From NCBI RefSeq assembly GCF_964204645.1, contig NC_134025.1:4650001-4714000 (forward strand): 64,000 bases of DNA. Direction: 5' to 3'. Below are positions 1 to 12,782 of the stretch, in pieces (position 1 is the first letter of the stretch; each line of letters opens with the position of its first letter). A program made the position numbers and the translations under genes. The stretch comes from Tubulanus polymorphus (lineage: Eukaryota; Animalia; Nemertea). The notes under the pieces were generated by a model. It made no database searches. It was given only the letters and a program-made list of their open reading frames with translations, and was not told the DNA's origin.

Positions 1-409
1 ATCCGTCGAAGGGTCATTTGTCAAAGCAGACAAAAATCTTAGATGTTGTAAATAGGACTGGGTTATTGCTGGCGTTCGTTCAAATCAATATTTAGATGGT
101 CTGCATCGACATATCAACAGTCAGACAATACAAAGATTATAAGAAAATGTGATGGTCTCTGATGAAATGCCAAGAAAAAGTTTTCACGTTCAACTACAAA
201 AAAAACAATGACTTGATATAATCTACAATTAGAAGAGTCTATTTTTGACCTAATATAAAAGGATAGGAATAAGATGGGAATCCAAAACCTATTATGATTG
301 AAGAATGATTTAAAAAACGGCCGAGTTCCACAACTTATAGTTAGATTTTACTATTGATATGCAGCTCAAACTCTCGGAATGTTAACCTGTAAGGACAGTA
401 AGTACTCAC

Positions 410-532
410 CAACAAGCTGAACGAATACATGATACTGAAGTATCTTTTTCCAATTGACGATCAACTGAATGGCGATACAAGATTTCACTCGTATTTATAG
501 CGATTGGAAAACCCTTGTTAATTGGAAAACCC
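410..532 (-). promoter_or_regulatory. Core promoter and first exon of a gene extending left out of the window (two kB-like sites, TATA box, Inr, splice donor)
   Basis: Minus strand: GGGTTTTCCAAT twice (503-514, 521-532), TATAAATA (492-499), TCAGTT Inr (463-468), ATG at 430 giving MYSFSLL, then GTGAGT donor at 409. Confidence 0.55.
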
Positions 533-1366
533 GCATTTTAACGCATCTATAGTTGAGATACTACGCTTTGCGTTACGATAATTACTGATGTTAATGACGG
601 GGTCATGATTGTAAATCATTTATTCCCCAGAGACAGAGTATCATCGCTGATTTCTAGATTTTGATTCTAGTTAGCCTCTCACAGGCAATGCAGTAAATTC
701 TCTGTTATCATTGCCATATATAAAAACGAATTAAGTAATCGGAGTCGACGACATTTTTAAGTGCAATGGTTGTCGGTCATTTCATTTGTTAATGGGGAAC
801 AGTTCATCCGTTTAGTTATGTGTAAAATCGTTATTTCTACTAACGTTAAGGCAGAAACTCAGGAAGTACCTGAAAAGAAAACTGAACGTTCGCTTTAAGG
901 AATCTAATGAAAGAGGGCTTCCGAAAAGTATAACAATTTACTAGGTTCCGAGTTGCTCGCATTTCGTGTGCACGCGTAATTTACTCAACTGAAAATTTCT
1001 CTATATAAATCATGCCTATATGTAACGGTACCAACAGTTATTTTGGTTTGTGAAGTGGGCAGATATTAATCACATACGCCTTCCTACATAGGTCCTTAGA
1101 TATTCGAGTTTCATTGTCGTATCATCAGATACGTGATTGATGCAACTCATATTATCACCTTATAGTTGATCTCTATTTGAGGTTATCAATTCTCGTACAG
1201 TGTTGATTAGAAAGTTTTCATTTGCCTTTATATAGTGTATTGTTCAATTGATTTTTGAACAATCTAACTTTATGATTATCAGTAGGCTTATATTTATTAA
1301 CTAATGCAGCTGACTGGTTTGATGGGATGAAATAATTTCACATTTAGCACCGTAAACTAAACTGAA

Positions 1367-1615
1367 ATGAAAATGGAAGTAAATGATCATACGAATTTCT
1401 GTGAAAATCTTCTGAGCTCTCTCGTACGCGTTAGGCGACAAGTGTCACAGACTCTCAAGTCGGTTGACAGGAAGTGCATCATCGGTTACTCGAAGAGAAG
1501 TAACACCTTGGAGGTTGACGTACAGAATGAAGTAACCCGTCGTCTCACGTGGAATCATATTGTGGCTCAGCATCTGAGCTCAGATGACGATTTTGAAGAA
1601 ATGCCCGAGTTTTGA
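1367..1615 (+). CDS. Possible small ORF/exon of unknown function (82 aa)
   Basis: ATG-initiated ORF preceded by a tttag acceptor-like site; less AT-rich than its flanks; acidic C-terminus; no recognisable homology. Confidence 0.2.
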   Translation: MKMEVNDHTNFCENLLSSLVRVRRQVSQTLKSVDRKCIIGYSKRSNTLEVDVQNEVTRRLTWNHIVAQHLSSDDDFEEMPEF

Positions 1616-3667
1616 AAGAAGTTACCCTTTCAAAGAAGGAATGAAAACTGAATAGAATTATGGTAGGTTGTTTACTTCTATTTAATTCTTTTTGTTAATT
1701 GAAATTAACTGCGACTTAGAATGGCTGTTCAGTAGATTTGTTTTTGGAATTGAAAATCTAGAGCCATTGAACTTTTTTTTCGGAAAAGCGGCAAATGGTA
1801 TTGATGAATCTATCAAAACACTTCAAAACAATATGTTAGAATTTGAAAATTAAAGAAAAATACCATTGGCATTAGAATCAGAAAGGCTTGTCATTATTGG
1901 CTCGTAAATTTGGTTTTGTGTTGAGTATTAAAACTACGAGGACGATTGGAATGTTATTGCAATCATTTCAATCCCGGTACTAAAAGTTAACACTTAATTA
2001 CACAATGTTAGATACCATCATAATCGTTTGACGCACATCCTAATCATTAGCGCTTCTTTGACGTACGGTACTAAAACCCAATAATTGAATACGAATCATC
2101 ATGTTTAAGAGACGTTAATGGATATTTCAATTTGCAGTCCCGTAATTCCAGTAGAAAATATAACCGATACAGTATTTTCAAAATAGCATTAATTTTTCTC
2201 GAATCAAAGTATAATTGGTGTATCTACGAATCGATAGAGCATTTCAATTTAGTGCCAAATATGAGCATGAAATAGATATTTCTTATCTTCACTCATTTTA
2301 TTCGTGACGACGCTCATGTGAGATTACCACTCGGCTCAGATGCATCGATGAAAGGACAATTTATTACTTTATCGAAGTTAACAGTGTTAGCATAAATGAA
2401 GTGACGTTTCAGTTTATTCATTCAGACGATTGCAAGATTTAGAATCCGGTTTTAACTTTCTCTGTTAATTGAGTTTCGTTTGCGAAAACGCGGATTTAGT
2501 AGATTATGCATCAAGTGTCCCACGCATAATCGACTGTGGCATGTGAGTAGTGTAATGTGATGTTTGCTATTCGTGCGTCCCATACAGAGCTAGGTTTTTT
2601 CTCTATCGTCTGCAGCAGAAAATGAGAATTTTTAAACGATGGCAAGTCACACTCAAAGGATGGTTTATTTGCACTCGTCTAATGCATCTGTCAATCTGGC
2701 CCCTCATACTGGGGGTCGTGCGCTATTCTCGAAAGTTTGCGCCTCTCTACGTGTCCCGTACGTACGTCACCATAACACAGGTTACGAGTCATGATTGATA
2801 TCAATCAATGTCAAATGAAAAGATTCCTCCACCCGCGCTATCTAATGACAATTGTCTTGGATATTGCCCTTAAGCAAATCTGTAACGAGATTTTCTTGTG
2901 TTATGGGTTAGAAAATCGACTGAAGCCGCAAAAAGCCCGAAGATGAAACAAAGTTGAACCCGCATTACCTTAAGATGAAGACCAACTGAATCCACCGAGC
3001 AGTTTGTTTGATCATTGTGCTGCTCACATGCCAGCGTCGTTTTGCAAATTATACTGCAAATATATGTATTCTTAGGATTATCTACTAATTCAATTCTCTT
3101 GATTTGATCACCCAGGGTACGGTACACCCACAAGTCATAGTTTTTATCCTCAACTATCGCTCTGAACATCAATACTGACACATACAGTCAATACCGCATA
3201 TATATTAACCACAAGAGGGATGTAAAATTTTAATGTTCGAAGATAGAGACAATATTCCCTCAATAAAATCCTTGTATCATGGGTTTCGCACACATCCTAC
3301 ATTCTTCTTAAGATACTTTTAAATCCCAACGCGTTTCGGGGATTTTTTTTAAGCTCGCTTTTCGGACATGACTAAAATATATTAATACTACGCAGCCAGC
3401 TCACTTTATCAAGCGTAAAACGTTCGTGGATTCATTTGCAATTGGTGCATTTGTTCAGCTTTGCCTCTTTTTACGGTTCCAGGTGGCCATGTGCTTAGAT
3501 TATTTTCTAAGACCTCGTGGCAATAGAACATTGACCCTGGAACCGCCACAAACTTTGCGGAGGTGTGAATACCCGTGTCCCAATGTTATCTATCTCGCAG
3601 AAGAGACCAACGACCACGAAGCGTTACCCTCGAAATAACAGTTGATTAATTCAGAGTTGTAGCAAAC

Positions 3668-4117
<450 letters not shown>

Positions 4118-5696
4118 CCGACATACCACCCACGCGCGTAGTTCTGCTGCATGATTACAACCCGGAGAACCAGTGGCTGAAATGCTGTGGATGTAATCTG
4201 ATAAGACGTTCTGCAATTATTCATTTCGAGTTCAAATTTCAGCACTTTCGACAACCTACCGTGATTCTGTTTTTTGATTCGACAATTTTAGGACCAATTT
4301 TAGAAGTTATGCGCATTTCTATTAAAACTGCGTAAACTTTTCATCTAAACCCGCATAAAACAATTTGAGAAATCTGAGAATTTTGTTTCTTAAATGTTAG
4401 ATCACGCGTAGGAAATCCTAGGTGTTTTAACACTTGACCTTCAGTAATTGATACCGTTAAAAGATCTGATATTTAAAATCTTAGGAAAGGCATTCAATTA
4501 GATTCGATTGAAATTCACAGAAGTGTAGGATGGGGGAGTTGAGGGGCTTTTCGTTTATGCGGGCGAAAGGTTTTCCACATCGTCACTGCCGTAAATATCG
4601 TTTGCGTTTTCTCTCTTAACAAAATGTGAATTGTAAGCAGACGAAAATATTCACAAGTTCATCGATGCATGCACATTTACGGGCAATGCAACCGTAAAGA
4701 AAAACACGTACTACAAATTAAACATATTATATTTCGTGATTAACAGCACGGACGGCGGTTATTTCGCCACCGCAACTAAAATGGAATTTTGCCTTAGTCA
4801 AATTACTTAGAACGGGCTTTGAACTGGTGTATTTTCTAAATTTAGTGGCTTCACGCAGATTGACTAGATTGACATTGCACCAAAATGGCACAGTGTAGTA
4901 AGTTAAAAATAGTAGGCTATCCCATATAGGCGCTCGACACAATAGCATCTATAAATGGCCTATGTGCCAAAAATAGACAGTGTCAATATCAAAGTCCAAA
5001 AATATCAGATGTTTGCTCACGTTTTTCATTTTGAATGTTATAACCGTTTATACCCCCAGTATTTAATCTAGAATAGTAGGAGATCCTTTCTAGAAGGTTC
5101 ATTAAGCTATTTTGCTTTGATAAACCGAAATGAATGATGTTACATAAATAGCGTTGAGATATATTGATGTTGATATACAAGTTGTCGACATTAATTTTGT
5201 CAAAGTTCATTGCAGACATGTACGCACCCTCTGTTCCGTTTCTTAGTAGAAATATATATCGTACCCAAAAAATGTGCATATGCAGAATTTGAAATGCAAA
5301 TAGTAAATATTCTAAATGGTGCGTCACCGAGTGGAAGCATGTGGTAAATGTCAAAGCCATAGAAACAAATTTTTTACATCGGCTCTACGTAAAACAAGCA
5401 CGGTATGAGTAGTTTAGTGCTACATTATGAATGGCGGAAATACTCTAGTACCTGCTGATCCACTCGAACCGTTTTTACCCCCGCGAATTTAGCCCAATAT
5501 CAATACCAGTGCATACCGGTAAAGTTACCAACCTGCTGAACAGCACGTCAGCCCCAAATCATAAAAATGACTGGTTCACCGCCTTTTAAATCAATATCAC
5601 TTGTTGCACGACTCTCGGAGAGTAAAGTACCAAAAATCTGTCGTGGTCAAATCCACGTCATTTCAATCATATTTCAAATTTAGATTTTGATACTGA

Positions 5697-7619
5697 ATGA
5701 CTGAAGCAGCGGTAAGTTTTTGATAGAAATTTTACAATTTTCGTACGTGATCTGAATGATTCGTTTGAACTTCCATTTATTTTTCGTTCTTATCTTCAAT
5801 TCGCGAGTGTTTATTTGGAATGCACTTGAAATGTGTATCTTGTGTATTATAAATAGTAACCAGTATATTAATTAAAGGATGATTATGTCAGCCATTGTCT
5901 TGGAAGTATCTTTACATATAAACTGCTCTTCACAAGACAGTGATACACACGTTTCAGACAACACGAAGCTCTCTATACTTTTTCTGTGACATTACACATT
6001 TTCATCGTTGTGTTATGAAATGTTTGTTTCGTGGGTTTCAGGAAACATGTGCGTTTGTTTATGTGAAGAATTGTACTGCTCGTGGCGCAGAAGATTGGGC
6101 GGCCATAAGCCAATCAAAACACGTTTCTCGTGACACACCCTATTTTATTCCGGCGTTTTTTGGTAGAAAACGAATTAACAGCGCTCTTTATTTTCGATTC
6201 AGCTGGAATTTTTAAAATGACAGGAATTAATATCAATAATTTCAGCTAGCATCAGCGAATGTAAATTCTATTTGTTCATTTTTTTTTAAAATCTAGCAGT
6301 ATTTCGAAATAATGGAGTCATTGTCTTGAATATTGTTTTGCCTGGTTCAATATTTAGAATGTGAATGCGGCATAGAGCAAAGACCACAATTTGGATTTAA
6401 AAATCGTTGTTTAAGATAAGAGTTACAACATTTGTAACATGACCGTAGAACACATATATGACCGCGCCAAATATTCTGATGTGGGAAAAATGCTAGTTGA
6501 TCAGGATCATTCTGGAACATGGGCTACGCACTGTTTTCAATATTAAAACTATTACTCAAATAATACATATATATCTGTTGACGTAATATTCTTTGATTAA
6601 TCAATGCTAATAGCTATTATTCATATACCGAACTTATCACTTTCGAAACACACACGTGTAATAATACCTGGTTTGAGTTTTAGGAGTACAGTACAAGTGA
6701 CGATGGGTCATAGTTCAGCGATTTCGTAGTTTTCAAGTTGACCCCTGAAAACTGCACAATCAAACACACTATTGTATCGAACCAATAAAGATAAAATCAA
6801 TTGAACAGACAAAAAACTACAATATTTGGTTTTAGTTCTAAACACAAGTTTCGAACTATCAATCGAATTGAGGACTTACTTTTTCGAGAGAAGCTAAGAA
6901 CAAAGTTTTTGAAAAAATTTTCTCCATTTTATGTTTTTCAGATCAAAATATTTGTCGTATTCATTATAATTCTGAGTACGTGCTGGCTTGCCGGCTGCCT
7001 GCCGTCGAGTATACGCCACCGCAAAGCTCATAAACTGAAATTCTCCAAGAAAATCGTTCAAAATCGGCAAAAGAGCGGACGTAACGGAAAGCAACTATTG
7101 GATGAAGCAACCGATGACGACTTCAAGAATTTCGACCCCAAATACCTGCCGTATATGAGCCGTGTTTTCGTGTTACCGCTAACGCCGTCGGGTGATGAAA
7201 CGGATTCTATCATCGAGGCATCCGCGTTGATAACAAATAAAACTTCGACAGCCAAACCTAAAATGCGGACTATACGTTCTATTAACAGTAATCAAAGACC
7301 ATTTAAAGTACCAGTTTGTGAAACTAGAGAAGCGATCACGGACATAGTTTGGTCGAAAGACTTATGGGGTCATGACGTCAGAGTGGCCAAATATATAAAT
7401 AATGCTGGTGTCAGAAACAAGCAAATATTCTACGAAACGTTTTGCGCAGATCAATCTGCTAAAACTAGTTGTCGAGGCATCGATAAAAGAAAATACGATA
7501 GTCAATGCATAACGCGATCTGTTTGGGCGTACGCGCAAGTTATAACGTCACTTGGCGAAAAAGGTTGGAGCATAATAAGTATACGAGGCTCCTGTAACTG
7601 CGCGTTATCTATTTACTGA
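5697..7619 (+). CDS. Neurotrophin (NGF/BDNF family) prepro-protein; exons ~5697-5711 and 6942-7619
   Basis: Mature domain has six cystine-knot Cys with family motifs VC, QIFYETFC, CRGID, SQC, W..I.I..SCNC. RTIR furin-type site precedes it. Micro-exon ATG ACT GAA GCA GCG|gtaagt joins in phase 0 to tttttcag|ATC to give a signal peptide (MTEAAIKIFVVFIIILSTCWLAGC). Confidence 0.88.
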
Positions 7620-8612
7620 ATAGATAATTAAGTATTTAGGAACTTTAAGATTATATTTTTGATGTATTTTACGTTGAAATCTCAAGTGTCGTTAACATTG
7701 AATTAAACAATTTCCAATATAAACATGTGAACATGTTTTATTTAATAAATACACTGCCATGCATGTTCCTTCTCAAATAATCAGTCTGTTTTGCCTTCCC
7801 TTGAATTTTGATAATAGGTTCTATTATTGCACATGTTAATTGTATCATTGTATTAATAAATTGTATTATTGTGCACGATGATAATCTTATACTTCATTTT
7901 TATCTTTTGGATGATTGGCCCGGCCTATGCTGAATCTAAAAATTTGGCTTTTAATTTGGCATGCTCACTAATTTGACTGCTCACTAATTTGTAAAAAAAA
8001 AGACTAGCTAAATGTACGGTACATTTAGCTTACTAGAATGGGCCAAATACGGTGTCTAGTTAATGCGGACCTCCGATCATAACCTAGAAAGAAACCTTTC
8101 GAAATTCAGGATTCGAACTTGATTGATAATAACAAGTTCCAACTCCCCGCGCACACATCAAGCCACAGCCACTTTACCCGGAAGCGAAATCTGGGGAAAA
8201 CCACGTTCATTGTGGAGCCGATTGCTACAAAAGGACTGGATGAATCGCATTTTATGATTTTAAACTGATACAAGGCTAAGAACAAGAAAGGTAACTGAAA
8301 TTTTAGATAGGAATGCAAGAAATAAACTCAAAATAAATAATGGTTAGTGATGCCTCCCCGTCTCGAAACGCTATCATTGACATAGCTTAGACCTTAGCTA
8401 GCTAGTAGGACCGGTATAGACAGTACTAGCTTGAGGTAGGCGCAGTATAGTAGTAGTTCTTCTTCATCTACACGTGACGAATCGTGCACAATAGTCTGAA
8501 TACCAACAACGTAGGGAACAACGGCTAGAGTACTGGAATACTACTTCAGTTTATCTTCTTTCTCTTGATTGTTTTTTGTGGTTATCAATTTTTTAAATTC
8601 AATTTACAGGAA

Positions 8613-10130
8613 ATGGATTCTATGAAATTGACCGGGTGTATCTTGATAGCTGTAATTGTGCGCTGGGCAGTATCACTTTTTCCATATTCCGGACATGACA
8701 AGAAACCAATGTATGGAGATTTTGAGGCTCAACGACACTGGATGGAGATAACCTACCATCTACCTGCAAAAGAATGGTATCATAATACATCTGAAAACAA
8801 TCTACAATATTGGGGTCTAGATTACCCGCCATTGACTGCGTATCACAGCTATCTAATGGGTGCTATAGCGCATAGAATCAATCCACTGTTTGTTCCATTG
8901 AACGCTAGTGAATATCATCACCAGATTCGTATTGCCGATTCATTCCATGAAACTCACAAAATATTCATGAGATACACAGTTCTAATAGTTGATATTCTTA
9001 TATATTTGCCAGCTATCATTATGTATCATTTCGCGTTTGATAAAACTGGAAATATTGACAGTATTGACCGTTGTATGAATATTGTTATTTCAATGTTGTA
9101 TCCCGGCTTAGTTTTGGTAGATCATGGGCATTTTCAGTATAACTGTGTTAGCCTTGGACTTGCGCTGTGGGCTATAATATTGATAGGGCAACAATGGAAC
9201 CTAATGGCTTCAGTTTTCTTTTGCCTTGCCTTAAATTACAAACAAATGGAACTCTATCACGCATTGCCATTTTTCTCGTATTTACTCGGCAACTGTTTCA
9301 AACAGCCAACTACGAATAAAGCTCTTAAAAGCTTCAACTTATTGGCATTTTCAGTGATCGTGACATTTGTTATTTGCTGGTTCCCGTTTCTGAAAGATTG
9401 TGACATTTCTCAGCCTCTGCAAGTTATTCATCGGTTGTTTCCACTTAAACGAGGAATATTTGAAGATAAAGTTTCAAATGTTTGGTGCAGTCTTACTGTT
9501 CTTCCGAGACCATTCAAAAAAATCAAAGATCTTCCGGTTAGTGTAATGAGTGCAGTTAGTTTGATAACGACTTGTCTCTGCGTACTGCCATCCTCGTTAC
9601 ACTTGTTTCGTAAACCAACATTTCGTAATTTCAAGCTGTCATTGGTAAATGTTGCTTTAGTGTTCTATCTCTTTTCGTACCAAGTTCACGAGAAATCGAT
9701 TCTTCTCGTAGCTTTACCAGTTTGTCTACTTCTCCCCGAGCAGCCCTTGATGTGTATGTGGCTTCTTTTGATATCAACATTTAGTATGTATCCATTACTA
9801 ATGAGAGACTTACTATCTCTTCCATGTCTAGCAATGCAAGTGTTGTTTATCATTCTGGTATTCCTAAGATATGGGTCGAAACTGTGGAATATCGCGAGTC
9901 CGTCATATTTTGATAAACTTTACATTGAGGATTTTTTTGTACCATCTGTTAGTGTTGCATTTCTCTTATGTTTATTGTGTCAATTTAAAACTCCCCCCAC
10001 TCTGTGGCCCGATTTGTGGCCAGTGCTTATCTCTTTGTACTCTTGCGGGCATTTCCTTATGTTCTGTTTCTACTTTAATTGTCTTCAGTATATATACGAC
10101 GAACGAGATGATACTAAAAAACGAAATTAA
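8613..10130 (+). CDS. ALG6: Dolichyl-P-Glc:Man9GlcNAc2-PP-dolichol alpha-1,3-glucosyltransferase, intronless CDS
   Basis: Motifs PMYGDFEAQRHWMEIT, YWGLDYPPLTAYHS, DHGHFQYN, LNYKQMELYHALPFF, FEDKV, FLFSYQVHEKSILL; KKxx ER-retention end (TKKRN). ATG 8613 follows a tttacag acceptor. Confidence 0.96.
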   Translation: MDSMKLTGCILIAVIVRWAVSLFPYSGHDKKPMYGDFEAQRHWMEITYHLPAKEWYHNTSENNLQYWGLDYPPLTAYHSYLMGAIAHRINPLFVPLNASEYHHQIRIADSFHETHKIFMRYTVLIVDILIYLPAIIMYHFAFDKTGNIDSIDRCMNIVISMLYPGLVLVDHGHFQYNCVSLGLALWAIILIGQQWNLMASVFFCLALNYKQMELYHALPFFSYLLGNCFKQPTTNKALKSFNLLAFSVIVTFVICWFPFLKDCDISQPLQVIHRLFPLKRGIFEDKVSNVWCSLTVLPRPFKKIKDLPVSVMSAVSLITTCLCVLPSSLHLFRKPTFRNFKLSLVNVALVFYLFSYQVHEKSILLVALPVCLLLPEQPLMCMWLLLISTFSMYPLLMRDLLSLPCLAMQVLFIILVFLRYGSKLWNIASPSYFDKLYIEDFFVPSVSVAFLLCLLCQFKTPPTLWPDLWPVLISLYSCGHFLMFCFYFNCLQYIYDERDDTKKRN

Positions 10131-11510
10131 TCTTAATTTTTTAATTGCTTTCATTCTGTATTAAACGCCTGTGGTTGATGGGCATCAGCTCACAATTTTC
10201 ACATAGATACTACATGATATGAATTTCGCTTTAAAAGGAAATACTAAGTTGTCTATCCTGGTTCAAATTATTTATATACGAGTAATCGCTTATGTTTGTA
10301 TATGTTGTTGATACATAATTCATTTGCTATTTCAACCAATTGATATCAGAAAATAAATTCATCATCAATGTATGTCACGAGAGAGTTGTTTGTTGCTCGG
10401 AGAGGATCGATTATCTTGAGTAAAGAACCGGATACTAGACTGCATACAATCCCCTAAAAACACGGAACAATTCATACCTGTATATCTTTTTAAATAAAAA
10501 TTGATTTTGAGTTTTTCCCAATGCGTTTGATATCACAGTCGTCTCTGGATGTGCGCTTACACGTCGTTGGTTGTCTGATTGTCGCACATGCGTTTCTGAG
10601 TGACATTGTTCGTAATATACCTTCATAAAAAGTCGCCAAGACGTCTCGTCGATTTACCGAAGAAGTTCTTTGTCACAGATCCTCGAATACGCATGAAACT
10701 ACGCACCTCATCTGCATTCATACATTATATCCATGTGCTACAACAAGACACATCACGAATAAAGAACCTCTAGTTTTATTTATTAGCCTATATAGTTCTA
10801 CATATATACGAATAAATGTTTGATATTTTTCAATATATCATGAAATCCCAATATCTCTCCTTATTAAAAAGCTGTGCGATACATTTTCGAGGTCAATGAC
10901 ATTCAATGTTATCGAAAATGGCTTCGGTTGCGCTCAAGTATATTTTTCTATGAAATCTATTTAAAACGATAACAAATTGGAACAATGACCTAAAAACTGG
11001 TGAAGCCATGTTTTTACATGAACCATGAGTCTATTTACAATACTTTCATTATAGCACATTATTCTCTATGTACCCCCATAACCTAGGCGTCAATACACCA
11101 GGCGTGCCTAACGCAGTCCTAATAATACATGCCCGAATCTATAGAAGCACAAATTATCAAATATCTTCCAAGGGTACAAAGATTGCGTTTCCATTATTTT
11201 GTTAACGCCGGGAAATTATTGCGATAATGGTCACAACTTTCTACTAAACATATCATTAATGTTATCAAAACAGCACGAGTGAAGACTCAAAAAACATTCT
11301 TTATTCAAGATTTAGAAAATTACTTGGATAAAAGTGAAAATAAAGCACTGTATACATAAATACAGCAATAAAGCACATAAATATCAAATCAAATTCGCAC
11401 CAAATTGTTACAATCTATGACAGTGTTTATGACGCTATTTCTCACACAGGGACTAGTACTAACGATTGAAATCAGATGCGGTAATATCGAAATTCAGACA
11501 TAAAAATCGA

Positions 11511-12348
11511 TCAATTAAAATCCGGGATTCTGGCGATTCTTTTTCTGATCCATGCAGGCATAGTGCGAGGACCACTCCAAGCAAACGAAGGACTGAATAT
11601 AACAGCATATGAAACCACTTGCGCGCAAAATATGCCAGCCAGTGTCTCGATATTCGACATATACTGACTGAGGATGTAACAATGGATGATGTGGACGGCC
11701 AAATCAAATGCAGTCCCCAAAAACAAATCCCATTCCGTGCGATTCTTCGCGTTATCACTGTGTAGCCAATCCAAGGAACTCCAACTTATAACCTGCCAAT
11801 AAATATATGTTTTTTTCCATTAATATATGAGATTGAAATAGGTCGTATATGTTCGTTAGTCTAATGACGTGTATATTGCAGTTAATAATTCTAATCGAAT
11901 CGACAAACCTGTTTTAGAACAGGAGATTAGGCTCAGTACTAGCATACGTAGGAATAATTTCCTATGCTAGTACTGGAGTGGATTCTTTTTCTGGAACTGT
12001 ATTTGGGAAGACATTTTATTTCTTTCTTATACACGCATGTGATATGTGATACAGTATCATCTATCTTAACGGGCTTACCCTTCTGGTGTACCAAGATATG
12101 TTCCACGTAAAGAAGAAATAAAGATGTTGACACATTTGTAGAATCGCAAGCCATCGCAATTTACCAGTGTAGCAAAACGCAGTCACAAACACGGTCAGTG
12201 TATCAAACAAGAAATAGTAACGGACGCGAACTAAATCTTTTCGTGGGAGCATGCGAATTCTAAACATAACCGCGGCATGCCCAATAGCATGATACGCCTC
12301 CAAAAAGAACAGAAACGTTGCTACCAAACTCGACGCGTTCAGCCACAT
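11511..12348 (-). CDS. Uncharacterised multi-pass membrane protein (~183 aa), exons 12079-12348 and 11511-11792
   Basis: Two ORFs joined in phase 0 by a canonical AGG|gtaagc ... ggcag|GTT intron; 4-5 hydrophobic segments containing His/Asp/Glu residues. Confidence 0.75.
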
Positions 12349-12782
12349 CTCTGCTGTGAAATCTTAGATGAAACAATAGAAGTTGATATTTGCAATCATT
12401 CGATCGTACCAGCAGCCAAATAGATTTGTTCCACTTACTTTCCCGGAGCTAATGCTGTCGAGTCGTCGTTACTCCGTATACAGAAATGATTTCTCATCGA
12501 GCCTACTTAAAACAGTAAATATTGGAGTCACATGACATAGCAAATGAAAGCGCGATAGCTCGAAATAGTTTTACCAATAGCGTATATTATACATGTAGTA
12601 CAGTACGTCTAATACAGGAAAACTTTGTTTTCATATGAAAGTGGGGAAGCATAGCTATTAAACCTAAGGACATGTCCTTTTGACCTCTGTCGTTCTACTT
12701 TGAAAGGTTCTTATATCTTGAATTAAGCGAACTGATTTTACAGAAGACAGAAAGTCCAAGGACATTCCCGAGAAATGTCAGA

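Noticed and set aside
4238-4258. RE1/REST-like site upstream of the neurotrophin
   Set aside because: Only the left half (TTCAGCAC) matches; the right half deviates from GGACAG.
6801-6941. N-terminal 47 aa of the neurotrophin ORF
   Set aside because: Starts at TTG and lies upstream of a strong acceptor; intronic read-through.
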